Part shown: piece by piece, positions 47,306 to 56,657 of the stretch | How positions within the stretch are numbered: the first letter of the stretch is position 1 | Layout: every line of letters starts with the position of its first letter | Origin: Dehalococcoidia bacterium | GTDB taxonomy: Bacteria; Chloroflexota; Dehalococcoidia; UBA2979 | Direction of reading: 5' to 3' | DNA length: 64,000 nt | NCBI GenBank assembly: GCA_963667465.2 | Contig: CAXXDN010000002.1 | Location: forward strand, 128,001 to 192,000 | Program-made: the position numbers and the translations under genes | Notes under the pieces: generated by a model | Database searches by the model: none | The model's input: the letters and a program-made list of their open reading frames with translations, nothing else | Told to the model about the DNA's origin: nothing

Positions 47306-48727
47306 CTAGCCGGACCGCCGCGAGATGTAGATCGCGCCTCCGGCGAGCCCGCCGCCGAGCAGCAGCGTGACGAGGCCTACCACGATGGCGATCATGGTGT
47401 TCGAGCGGTCGCCGTCCTCGCTCGCCGCGGCGGCCGTCGCTTCGGGGTCGGCTGCGGCGGTCGGTGCGGGGGCCGCCGACTCGGAGGTCGCGGCCGGGGT
47501 TGCCTCCTCGCGGTCGCCGGAGCTGCCGCTCGACCCGATCGAGGTCGGGATCGCGAGCGGCGCGCGGGTCGCCTCGGCGACCGGGGCGGCGGTCGCCTCG
47601 ACGCGCGGCGCGTAGTCGATCGCCTCGAGGCCCTTGGCGGTGCGCCAGAGGTTGTAGAGCCCGTCCTGGTCGACGCCGTAGACCTGTTGCAGGCCGCTGT
47701 CGGTGGACGCGCCCTCCCGGATGACGCGGAACAGCTCGGCGAACTGCTGCTCACCGAACTCCTCGAGCATGTAGTCCACCACGGACCAGGATTGGCCGTA
47801 GAAGAGGTTGATCTCGTTGGGGTTGTTCGAGGATGACTCCATGTTGCGCAGCCGGATCGTGCGGTCCGCAGCGATCGCGAAGGCGACGGCGTCGTCGTAG
47901 TCCAGCTGCGAGTTCTGCATGAAGACCGCCGTGCCCTCGTCCAGCCACGAGGGGATGCTGGTGAAGGGACCGTCGCCGGCGACCGAGGTGACGATGTGCG
48001 CCGCCTCGTGGCGCACGACGTCGATCGTCGCCGAGAACACGAACAGCAGATCGGACCCCACCCGCTGGCCGCCGGTCCGCACGAGCTCGTCGAAGACCAG
48101 GCCGCGCGAACGCATCGCCAGCTCGCCGTCTGCTTCGGAGGCCCAGACCATCACGCGCACCGGGAAGGGCACGCTCACCTGCAGCAGGTCCTCCGTGTCC
48201 TCGAGCGATGAGCGGGTCGCCTGCGCGACGCCCCGGGCGCGGTCGTGGTCGGTGCCGTAGTAGTAGACGGTCACGTCGCCCTCGCGGACGGAGACCCAGG
48301 GGTAGCGGCCGTCGAGGAAGAGGTAGCTCTGCTCCTCGGTCACGAAGCTGGATCCGTCGGCGCCGGTAAGGTGCCAGTGGTAGCGGAACTGCGAGCCGAT
48401 CGGGATGTAGCGCTGGCTGGTCCGCGTCTCGAGGGTGACGGAGACATCGAACTCCCGGCCGGCTTCGAAGTCTTCGCGGAGCACGCTCCCGCCGACGTCG
48501 CCCTCCTTGGGGTTGAGTACGCGGTAGACGAGCTCCGCCTGCTGCAGCCCGCCCGGGGCGGCGATGCGGGCGCTGAAGGTGATCGCGGTGGGATCGGGGC
48601 TGCGTACGCGCAGCTCGGACACCTCGATGTCCTCGGCGTTCGCGGCGCCCGGCAGGGCGAGGGCGAGGGCGAGCGCCGCAAGCAGCGAGCAGCTCCGCAC
48701 GGCCTGGAGCAATCGTGCCTGCGCCAT
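47306..48727 (-). CDS. Peptidase MA (gluzincin)-like exported protein with C-terminal membrane anchor
   Basis: Signal peptide, HEAAH...PSWLDEGTA, YGQSWSVV, C-terminal TM. Confidence 0.85.
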   Translation of the reverse strand: MAQARLLQAVRSCSLLAALALALALPGAANAEDIEVSELRVRSPDPTAITFSARIAAPGGLQQAELVYRVLNPKEGDVGGSVLREDFEAGREFDVSVTLETRTSQRYIPIGSQFRYHWHLTGADGSSFVTEEQSYLFLDGRYPWVSVREGDVTVYYYGTDHDRARGVAQATRSSLEDTEDLLQVSVPFPVRVMVWASEADGELAMRSRGLVFDELVRTGGQRVGSDLLFVFSATIDVVRHEAAHIVTSVAGDGPFTSIPSWLDEGTAVFMQNSQLDYDDAVAFAIAADRTIRLRNMESSSNNPNEINLFYGQSWSVVDYMLEEFGEQQFAELFRVIREGASTDSGLQQVYGVDQDGLYNLWRTAKGLEAIDYAPRVEATAAPVAEATRAPLAIPTSIGSSGSSGDREEATPAATSESAAPAPTAAADPEATAAAASEDGDRSNTMIAIVVGLVTLLLGGGLAGGAIYISRRSG

Positions 48728-49855
48728 CAGTTTCCTCCGGGCTCGGCGACGCCCACCTGCTCGCGCAGCCAGGCGCGGATGAAGCCGTCGATCTCGCCGT
48801 CGAGGACGGCGTTGGTGTCGCTGGTCTCGAGGTTGGTGCGGAGGTCCTTGGCCATGCGGTAGGGGTGCAGCACGTAGGAGCGGATCTGGTTGCCCCAGCC
48901 GGGCTGCACGTGATCGCCCTTGATGCGGGCGAGTTCCGCCTCGCGCTTCTCCAGCTCGATCTCGAGTAGCCGGGAACGCAGCACCTGCATGGCAGCCTCG
49001 CGGTTACGCAGCTGGGAGCGCTCGTTCTGACAGGTCACCACGATACCAGTCGACAGGTGTGTGAGGCGCACGGCGGTGTCGTTCTTCTGCACGTTCTGGC
49101 CGCCGTGGCCGCTCGCGCGGTAGGTGTCGACGCGCAGCTCCTCGGGCCGAATCTCGATCTCGATGTCCTCGTCCTGCGCCTCCGGCATCACCTCAACGAG
49201 GGCGAAGCTGGTGTGGCGGGAGTTCGAGGCGTCGAAGGGCGAGATGCGCACCAGCCGGTGTACGCCGCGCTCCGAGCGCAGCAACCCGTAGGCGTCCTCG
49301 CCGCCGACGCGGATCGAGACGGACTTGATGCCGGCCTCGTCACCGGAGGAGATCGACACGACCTGTGTCTGGTACCGGTGGCGCTCGGCCCAGCGCAGGT
49401 ACATGCGGAGCAGCATCTCCACCCAGTCCTGTGCCTCGGTGCCGCCGGCCCCGGCGTGGATCGCCAGCACGGCGCTGTGGTCGTCGTAGGGCCCGCCGAG
49501 GGTGAGCGCGACCTCCAGCTCCTCGAACTGCGCCTCGAGGCCGCCGAGCTCCTCCTCGATGTCGCGCTCGAGGGCGGCGTGGTCCTCGCCGGCGGTATCG
49601 TCGGCGAGTTCGGCGAGGTCGGCGAGGTCCGCGGAGCGCCGTTCGAGCGAGCGCCAGGTCTCGACCTGCCGTTCGAGGCGGGCGACGCGCTTCATCAGCG
49701 CCTGTGCGCGTTCGGAGTCATCCCAGAGGTCGGGGGCGGCGGCCTGTGTGCGAGCCTCGGTCAGCTCGCGCTCACGAGCGGGCAGGTCAAAGGCGCACCT
49801 GCACATCCCGCACGCGCTCGAGGAGTTCGGCCAGACGCTGCCGCAGATCGTCCAT
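48727..49855 (-). CDS. prfB: Peptide chain release factor 2, with programmed +1 frameshift
   Basis: 22 codons, then CTT TGA C (49792-49786) preceded by AGGTG. SPF and GGQ motifs in the shifted frame. Confidence 0.97.
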
Positions 49856-49918
49856 GCCTCGATCTTCGCACGCGCGGGCGCAGAGCGCGAAGCGGCCCTG
49901 CGGGTGGGAGCTGACCCG

Positions 49919-50797
49919 CTACGCCACCCCCGCGGCCCGCAGGGTATTCACCAGCAGCATCGCGATGGTCATCGGGCCGACTCCGCCAGGGACCGGCGTG
50001 ACCGCCGCGGCGACCTGCGAGACGCCCTCGAAGTCCACGTCGCCCGCGAGGCGCCAGCCGCGCTTGCGCGTGGCGTCGTCGACGCGGTTCGTGCCGACGT
50101 CGATGACGACGGCGCCGGGGCGCACCATCCCGGCCGTTACGGTGTTTGGCCGGCCCGCCGCGACGACGAGGATCTCGGCCTCGCGGGTGACGGCGGCGAG
50201 GTCGCTCGTGCCCGTGTGTGCCAGCGTGACCGTCGCGTTCGCACCCTCCGCCTTCTGCCCCAGCAGCAGCGCCAGCGGCTTGCCGACCAGCGTCGAGCGG
50301 CCGACGACGACGACGCGCTTGCCTGCCGGGTCGACGCCTGTGCGCAGCAGCAGCTGCTGCACGCCCGCCGGAGTGGCGGGCACCAGGTGCGGCTCGCCCT
50401 GCACGAGCCTCCCGAGGTTCACCGGGTGCAGCCCGTCCACGTCCTTCGCTGGGTCGACGGCCTCGGTGATGACGCGCTCGTCGAGTTGCGGTGGGAGCGG
50501 GAGCTGCACGAGGACGCCCGAGACCACCGGATCGGCGTTGAGCCCGCGCACGATCTCCAGCAGCTCGTCCTGCGAGATGGCGGCGGGCGGCGTGAGCGTC
50601 TGCGCCTCGAGGCCGACCTCCTCGCAGGCGCGCGCCTTGTTGCGGACGTAGGTCGCCGAGGCGGGGTCGTCGCCGACGAGGACGGCGGTCAACTGCGGCG
50701 TCGCGCCTCCCGCCGCGACGTGCGCGCGCACGCGATCGGCGACCTCGCCGCGGATCGCCGCGGCGATCGCAGCGCCGTCGATTCTCTCGGCGGTCAT
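49919..50797 (-). CDS. folD: Methylene-THF dehydrogenase/cyclohydrolase
   Basis: YVRNK, VQLPLP, KDVDG, GRS.LVGKP, TPVPGGVGPMTIAML. Confidence 0.97.
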   Translation of the reverse strand: MTAERIDGAAIAAAIRGEVADRVRAHVAAGGATPQLTAVLVGDDPASATYVRNKARACEEVGLEAQTLTPPAAISQDELLEIVRGLNADPVVSGVLVQLPLPPQLDERVITEAVDPAKDVDGLHPVNLGRLVQGEPHLVPATPAGVQQLLLRTGVDPAGKRVVVVGRSTLVGKPLALLLGQKAEGANATVTLAHTGTSDLAAVTREAEILVVAAGRPNTVTAGMVRPGAVVIDVGTNRVDDATRKRGWRLAGDVDFEGVSQVAAAVTPVPGGVGPMTIAMLLVNTLRAAGVA

Positions 50798-50854
50798 CGG
50801 TGCACCCTCACGGGCGGAGAGTATAGCGGCCCGCGCGTGCTAGAATCGCGCGCC

Positions 50855-51298
50855 GTGAGCACGCACGCCGTCGGCGTCGACATGATCGAGATCACTCGCG
50901 TCGCCCGCGTCTTGCAGCGCCATCCTCGCCGCTTCCTCGATCGCGTATATACGCCCGAGGAAGTTGCGTTCTGCCGGGGCCGTGTACCGGAGCTGGCAGC
51001 CCGCTTCGCGGCGAAGGAGGCGGTGATGAAGGCGCTTGGCACGGGAGCGCGTTCTGTCGCCTGGCGCGACATCGAGGTGCTCCCGGACCGGCGCGGCAAG
51101 CCGCTCGTGTACCTCTACGGGGGCGCCGAGGCGCGCGCGGAGGTGATCGGGCTGCACGCGATCGATATCTCGCTCAGCCACCTCGCCGACTTCGCGGTCG
51201 CCGTCGTGGTCTCCTCGCAGGAGCGGCGCGAGCAGGAGCACGATGTAGCGCGCGCGAAGCTCGTCGAACGGCTGCGCGCCTCCGGGCGGCTACAGTGA
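50855..51298 (+). CDS. acpS: Holo-ACP synthase
   Basis: GVDMIEI, LAARFAAKEAVMKALGTG, ISLSH. Extended -10 TGcTAGAAT lies 8 bp upstream (probably leaderless). Confidence 0.95.
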   Translation: MSTHAVGVDMIEITRVARVLQRHPRRFLDRVYTPEEVAFCRGRVPELAARFAAKEAVMKALGTGARSVAWRDIEVLPDRRGKPLVYLYGGAEARAEVIGLHAIDISLSHLADFAVAVVVSSQERREQEHDVARAKLVERLRASGRLQ

Positions 51299-51338
51299 GC
51301 ACGACGCACCATCGAGGGCGCAACGAGGGGACACACCC

Positions 51339-52895
51339 ATGAAGCTGGTCACAGTCGAGCAGATGCGCGCCCTGGAAGCGGCCGCCGTCGCGGCGGGAAC
51401 GAGCGAGGCGCAGTTGATGGAGGCCGCGGGGGTCGCCGCCGCGCAGGAGACCTGGATCAACATGGGCGCCGTCGAGGGGCGCACCGCGATCGTCCTTGTG
51501 GGGCCCGGCAAGAACGGCGGCGACGGCCTGCTCACGGCGATCAGCCTCAAGGAGTGGGGCGCCGATTCCGCCGTCTACCTCGTTGGCGATCGACCCGACG
51601 ACGACCCGTTGCTGCAGCGCGCCGTCGAGGCCGGGGTCGAGACGTTGAGCGCTGCCGACGACCCCGGCTGCGAGCAACTGGTAGAGGCGATGCGCGGCGC
51701 GCAGGGCATCGTCGATGCACTGCTCGGCACGGGGTTGAACCGTCCCATCGACGGCCCGATCAAGGACGTGCTCGACCGCCTTGCCGAGGCGCGCGCGGAC
51801 CGGACGCTGCGCCCTCACCTCGTCGCCATCGACGTGCCCTCGGGCGTGAATCCGGACACGGGGACGGCGGACCCGGCGGTGGTGCGCGCGGATACCACGG
51901 TCGCGCTCGGCTTCGCCAAGGTCGGGCTGTTCGCGATGCCCGCCCGCGCGATCGCCGGGACGATCGCGGAGGTCGAGATCGGGCTGCCTGAGGGCGCGGG
52001 CGATGACCTGCCCTACGAGGAGATCAGGATGCGCGATCTCCAGGACAAGATGCCCTTCCGCTCCGACGATGCGCACAAGGGCACCTTCGGCGCCGCCGTC
52101 ATCGCGGCCGGCTCGAAGTTCTACCCCGGCGCGGCGCGGCTCGCCTCGGAGTCGGCGCTGCGTGGGGGAGCGGGTCTGGTGGTGCTGGCCGCTCCCGAGT
52201 CGATCCAGCCGCTGTTCGCCGGCATGTCGCCGGAGGTCACCCACCACCCATTGCCGGGCAACGGCGCCGCCGACGGCGACTCGGCTGCCGAGCTGCTGGG
52301 CGCCCTCGCGGGCCGCGAGGCGCTGCTGATCGGGCCCGGCCTCACGAACTCGCCGGGTACGGTGGACTTCGTCCGAGGCGTGCTCGAGGGCCTCGACGCC
52401 GTCGAGGGGCTACAGGCAGTGGTGATCGACGCGGACGCGCTGAACGCGCTCTCAGCGATCCCCGGCTGGTACGAGGGTCTGTCCGCGCCTCGCGTCCTCA
52501 CGCCGCATCCGGGCGAGATGGCCCGGCTGCTCGGCACGAGCGTCGACGAGGTGCAGGCGGACCGGCTCGGCGCCGCCACGGACTACGCACAGCGCACGGA
52601 CAGCGTGGTGGTGCTGAAGGGCGCGGGCACGATCGTCGCGCACCCGGACGGGCGCGCGCGGCTCTCCGAGTTCGCCAGCGCCGTCCTCGCGACGGCGGGG
52701 ACGGGCGACGTGCTGGCGGGTTTCATTGTCTCGCTGATCGCGCAGGGAATGGACCCCTTCGACGCGGCCGCGACGGGCGTCTACCTGCACACCGAGTGCG
52801 CCCGTCAGCTGGAGTCGGCGGTCGGCCCATCGACGGCGATCGCGCAGGATCTGCTGCGTGCGCTGCCCGATACGCGCAAGGCGCTCGACGGCTAG
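51339..52895 (+). CDS. nnr: Bifunctional NAD(P)H-hydrate epimerase/dehydratase
   Basis: LMEAAG, GPGKNGGDG, DALLGTG, HKGTFG, DADAL, TPHPGEM, AGTGDVLAG. Confidence 0.95.
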   Translation: MKLVTVEQMRALEAAAVAAGTSEAQLMEAAGVAAAQETWINMGAVEGRTAIVLVGPGKNGGDGLLTAISLKEWGADSAVYLVGDRPDDDPLLQRAVEAGVETLSAADDPGCEQLVEAMRGAQGIVDALLGTGLNRPIDGPIKDVLDRLAEARADRTLRPHLVAIDVPSGVNPDTGTADPAVVRADTTVALGFAKVGLFAMPARAIAGTIAEVEIGLPEGAGDDLPYEEIRMRDLQDKMPFRSDDAHKGTFGAAVIAAGSKFYPGAARLASESALRGGAGLVVLAAPESIQPLFAGMSPEVTHHPLPGNGAADGDSAAELLGALAGREALLIGPGLTNSPGTVDFVRGVLEGLDAVEGLQAVVIDADALNALSAIPGWYEGLSAPRVLTPHPGEMARLLGTSVDEVQADRLGAATDYAQRTDSVVVLKGAGTIVAHPDGRARLSEFASAVLATAGTGDVLAGFIVSLIAQGMDPFDAAATGVYLHTECARQLESAVGPSTAIAQDLLRALPDTRKALDG

Positions 52896-53119
52896 TTGCG
52901 CCATCCTCACAAGGCCGTCTCACAGGGCCGTACGCGATGCGCTTGACGGGCAGAGGCGGGTAACCTCTACCATGTCCCCGATACGCGTGGGCGCGGTGGC
53001 GGAACCGAACCGCGAGGGGGCGTCCAGCGGTGAAGCCCGTCCCGACTCTGCGGCCGTCGCACGAGTAAACCGGACCTCTCTTATCTTAGAGGGCCGCGCG
53101 TGAGGATCGAGCGAGCGTC

Positions 53120-54130
53120 ATGAGCGACAGCGCTACGGGTTCCGCGGGCCACGATCCGGTTGCGATCGTCTTCCCCGGCCAGGGCTCCCAATCGCCCGGC
53201 ATGGGTCGCCTCGTGCATGCGCACTCGGCGGAGGCGCGCCTCGCGTTCGAGGAAGCAAGCGAGGTCACCGGCATCGATGTCGCGCGCGTCTGCTTCGAGG
53301 GCGACGCCGACGAGCTGGCGGAGACACGCTTCACGCAGCCTGCGGTGCTGACCACCTCGACGGCGATCTTCCGCGGCATGCGGGAGAAGCTGACCGAGGT
53401 ACGGCGCTCGATCCAGCCGCGCCTCTTCGGCGGCCACTCGCTCGGCCTGTTCGGCGCTGCTGTCGCCAGCGAGGCGCTGACCTTCCGCGACGCGCTGCTG
53501 GTGGTACTGGAACGCTCGCGCCTGATGAGCAGCTTCAACGAGGGGCGCCCCGTCGGGATGGCTTCGATCATCGGCCTCGACGGTGAGCTGGTGCAGGAGA
53601 TCTGCGAGGGCGCGACGCTGTCCCCGGCGGACCGCGTCGACGTCGCCAACCACAACCTCAAGACGCAGACCGTGATCAGCGGCGACGTCTCCGCCCTCGA
53701 ACGCGCGATGGAGCACGCGCGCGAGCTGCAGGGCCGCGTAATCCGCCTCAAGGTGAAGGTCTCCAGCCACACGCCGCTGCACAACGAGCAGGCCGAGGAG
53801 TTCGCCGCGATCATCAAGGGCGTGCCGATCAGTGACCCCGTGCGCCCGATCGTCTCCAACCGCACCTCGCGCCCGCTGCGCACCGCGGCGGAGCTGCGCG
53901 AGGAGTTCTCCGAGCAGCTGCGCGCGCCGGTCTTCTGGGAAGGCAACGTGCGCGAGATGACCAACCAGGGCGTGCAGACCTTCATCGAGGTGGGGCCCGG
54001 GCACGTGCTCTCGCGCATGGTGCGCCGCATCTCCACCCGCGTGGTCGCCGTCTCGCTCGACGACGCCGAGGTGGAGCCGATCCCGATCTCCGTGCTGCCA
54101 CCCGATGCGCTCGAGGCGCCCCAGACCTGA
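53120..54130 (+). CDS. fabD: ACP S-malonyltransferase-like acyltransferase
   Basis: FPGQGSQ..GMG, TQPA, GHSLG, QTVISG, QL..PV.W, FIEVGPG. Confidence 0.88.
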   Translation: MSDSATGSAGHDPVAIVFPGQGSQSPGMGRLVHAHSAEARLAFEEASEVTGIDVARVCFEGDADELAETRFTQPAVLTTSTAIFRGMREKLTEVRRSIQPRLFGGHSLGLFGAAVASEALTFRDALLVVLERSRLMSSFNEGRPVGMASIIGLDGELVQEICEGATLSPADRVDVANHNLKTQTVISGDVSALERAMEHARELQGRVIRLKVKVSSHTPLHNEQAEEFAAIIKGVPISDPVRPIVSNRTSRPLRTAAELREEFSEQLRAPVFWEGNVREMTNQGVQTFIEVGPGHVLSRMVRRISTRVVAVSLDDAEVEPIPISVLPPDALEAPQT

Positions 54131-55380
54131 TGGCTCAGGGGCCACGGCGAGTCGCGGTCACAGGCCTGGGGCTGCTCACGCCCCTGGGCCTCGACACGGA
54201 ATCGACCTGGGACGGACTGATCGCGGGCCGCTCCGGCATCGCCCCGATCACCGCCTTCGACACATCCGCCTTCGAGTGCCCGATCGCGGGCGAGTTGCGC
54301 GGCTTCGATCCCGCCCAGCACGTCGACTCCAAGATCGCGAGGCGCATCGACCGCTCCTCGATGCTCGCGATCGCCGCCTCGAAGCAGGCGGTGCAGGACG
54401 CGCAGCTCGATCTGGAGCGGCAGCCCCCGGGCAGCGTGGGCATCGTGCTGGGGACGGGTATCGGCGGGGCGCACTTGCTGGTCGAAAACCAGCAGGTGCT
54501 CGACGAACGAGGGCCGCGGCGCGTCAGCCCGTTCCTGATTACCAACATGCTCCCGGACACGGCCTCCGGCCTCGTCGCGATCGCGCTCGGCGCGGGCGGC
54601 CCGAACCTGGCCGTCACGGCCGCCTGCGCGACGGGCGGCGCCGCCGTCGGCGAGGCGGCTGAGATGATCCGCCGCGGCGCCGCCGACGTGATCGTCGCCG
54701 GTGGCTTCGAGGCCCCGCTCAAGCCGATCTACTACTCCGGCTTCCAGGCGATGCGCGCCCTCGCCGTACACGACGACCCCACCCAGGCCTCGCGCCCCTT
54801 CGACGCCGACCGCAACGGCTTCGTCATCTCCGAGGGCGCCAGCGTGTTGATCCTCGAAGAGCTCGACCATGCGCTCGCGCGCGGCGCACGCATCTACGCC
54901 GAGTGGGAGGGCGCGGCCACCGCCAGCGACGCCTTCGACATGGCCGCCGCCGCCGATGACGGCCGCGGCATCGTGCGTGCGATGCGCTGGGTGCTCGACG
55001 GGTCCGGCGTGGCGACGGACGAGGTCGACTACCTCAACGCGCACGGGACGAGCACGCCGCTCAACGACCGCGTCGAGACGTTCGCGATCCGCACCGTGTT
55101 TGGCGAGGACGCGGACCGCATCGCGGTCTCCTCGACGAAGTCGATGCTGGGGCACATGATGGGCGCGGCGGGCGCCGTGGAGGCGGCGGTGGCGGTGCTC
55201 GCCTGTGATCGGCAGATCGCACCGCCTACAATCAACTATCGTACGCCAGACCCGGAGTGCGACCTCGACTACGTACCGAACGAGGCGCGACCGCTGGAGG
55301 TGCGACACGCGATGAGCACCTCGGTTGGCCTCGGTGGGCACAATTCGGTCCTGCTCTTCGGGCGCTGGGAGGGTGTGTGA
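54130..55380 (+). CDS. fabF: Beta-ketoacyl-ACP synthase II, paralog 1
   Basis: TAACATG, SRPFD..R.GFV..EG, NAHGTST, KSMLGH. Confidence 0.88.
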   Translation: MAQGPRRVAVTGLGLLTPLGLDTESTWDGLIAGRSGIAPITAFDTSAFECPIAGELRGFDPAQHVDSKIARRIDRSSMLAIAASKQAVQDAQLDLERQPPGSVGIVLGTGIGGAHLLVENQQVLDERGPRRVSPFLITNMLPDTASGLVAIALGAGGPNLAVTAACATGGAAVGEAAEMIRRGAADVIVAGGFEAPLKPIYYSGFQAMRALAVHDDPTQASRPFDADRNGFVISEGASVLILEELDHALARGARIYAEWEGAATASDAFDMAAAADDGRGIVRAMRWVLDGSGVATDEVDYLNAHGTSTPLNDRVETFAIRTVFGEDADRIAVSSTKSMLGHMMGAAGAVEAAVAVLACDRQIAPPTINYRTPDPECDLDYVPNEARPLEVRHAMSTSVGLGGHNSVLLFGRWEGV

Positions 55381-56657
55381 TGGCGGGCCTCGACTCGAGC
55401 GCGACGAACAGCTCGGCGCAGCGCCGCGTCGTGGTCACCGGCGTCGGTCTCGTCACAGCGGTCGGTGTCGGCCGCGAGGAGACGTGGGACGCCCTGCTTG
55501 CCGGCGAGAACGGCATCGGGCCCGTCACGCTCTGCGAAGCTTCGGACCTTGGCTCGCGCATTGCCGGCGAGGCGCCCGGCTTCAACCCGCTCGACTACAT
55601 CGACCGCAAGGACGCGCGGCGCATGGACCGCTTCGTCCAGCTCTCGATCGCGGCCACGCAGGAAGCCATCGAGCAGTCGGAGCTGGATATCGCGCCGATC
55701 GCCGACGAGGTCGGAGCGATGATCGGCTCGGGCATGGGCGGCCTCACCTGGCTCGAGGAACAGTTCAAGGTGATGTTCGAGAAGGGGCCGGGCCGCATCT
55801 CGCCCTTCCTCGTGCCCGCCTTCATCCCCGACATGGCCGCCGGCCAGGTCTCGATCCGCTTCGGCGCGCGCGGGCCGAACTACAACACCGTCTCCGCCTG
55901 CGCCTCCGGCGCCGACGCGATCGGCACCGCGCTCGAGGTGATCCGGCGTGGCGACGCCCGCGCGATGATCACCGGCGGCAGCGACGCCTGCGTGACGCGC
56001 ATGGGCCTCGCCGCCTTCCACGCCTCGCGGGCGCTCTCCACGCAGCGCAACGACGACCCCGAGCACGCCTCGCGCCCGTTCGACCTCGAGCGCGACGGCT
56101 TCGTGCTGGCCGAGGGCGCCGGCACGCTGGTCCTCGAGGAGCTCGAGTACGCGAAGGCGCGCGGGGCGACGATCCTCGCCGAGGCGGTCTCCTACGGGCA
56201 GTCCGCCGACGCCTTCCACGTCACGCAGCCGTCCGAGAACGGCGAGGGCGCCGCGCGCGCGATGAACATCGCGCTCCGCAAGGGCGGGGTCGCCGCGAGC
56301 GACGTCGGCTACATCAACGCACACGGCACCAGCACGCCGCTCAACGACAAGTTCGAGACGATGTCGATCAAGGCCGTCTTCGGCGAATCCGCCCTCGGCA
56401 TCCCCATCAACTCGACGAAGTCGATGCTCGGTCACACCCTCGGCGCGGCGGGCGGCATCGAATCCGCCGTCACCGTGCTCTCGCTTCGCGACCAGCGCCT
56501 GCATATGACCCGCAACCTCGAGATCCCCGACCCCGACTGCGACCTCGATTACGTGGCCGAGGGCGCGCGCGACGTGGACATCGAGTACGCGATGATGAAC
56601 TCCCTGGGTTTCGGCGGTCACAACTCCTCCCTGCTCTTCCGGAGGTATGACGACTAA
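55380..56657 (+). CDS. fabF: Beta-ketoacyl-ACP synthase II, paralog 2
   Basis: SACASG, NAHGTST..ND, KSMLGHTLGAAG, NSLGFGGHN. Confidence 0.92.
   Translation: MAGLDSSATNSSAQRRVVVTGVGLVTAVGVGREETWDALLAGENGIGPVTLCEASDLGSRIAGEAPGFNPLDYIDRKDARRMDRFVQLSIAATQEAIEQSELDIAPIADEVGAMIGSGMGGLTWLEEQFKVMFEKGPGRISPFLVPAFIPDMAAGQVSIRFGARGPNYNTVSACASGADAIGTALEVIRRGDARAMITGGSDACVTRMGLAAFHASRALSTQRNDDPEHASRPFDLERDGFVLAEGAGTLVLEELEYAKARGATILAEAVSYGQSADAFHVTQPSENGEGAARAMNIALRKGGVAASDVGYINAHGTSTPLNDKFETMSIKAVFGESALGIPINSTKSMLGHTLGAAGGIESAVTVLSLRDQRLHMTRNLEIPDPDCDLDYVAEGARDVDIEYAMMNSLGFGGHNSSLLFRRYDD

Noticed and set aside
49786-49800. In-frame stop in prfB
   Set aside because: This is the well-known CTT-TGA-C programmed +1 frameshift, so it is neither novel nor a pseudogene.
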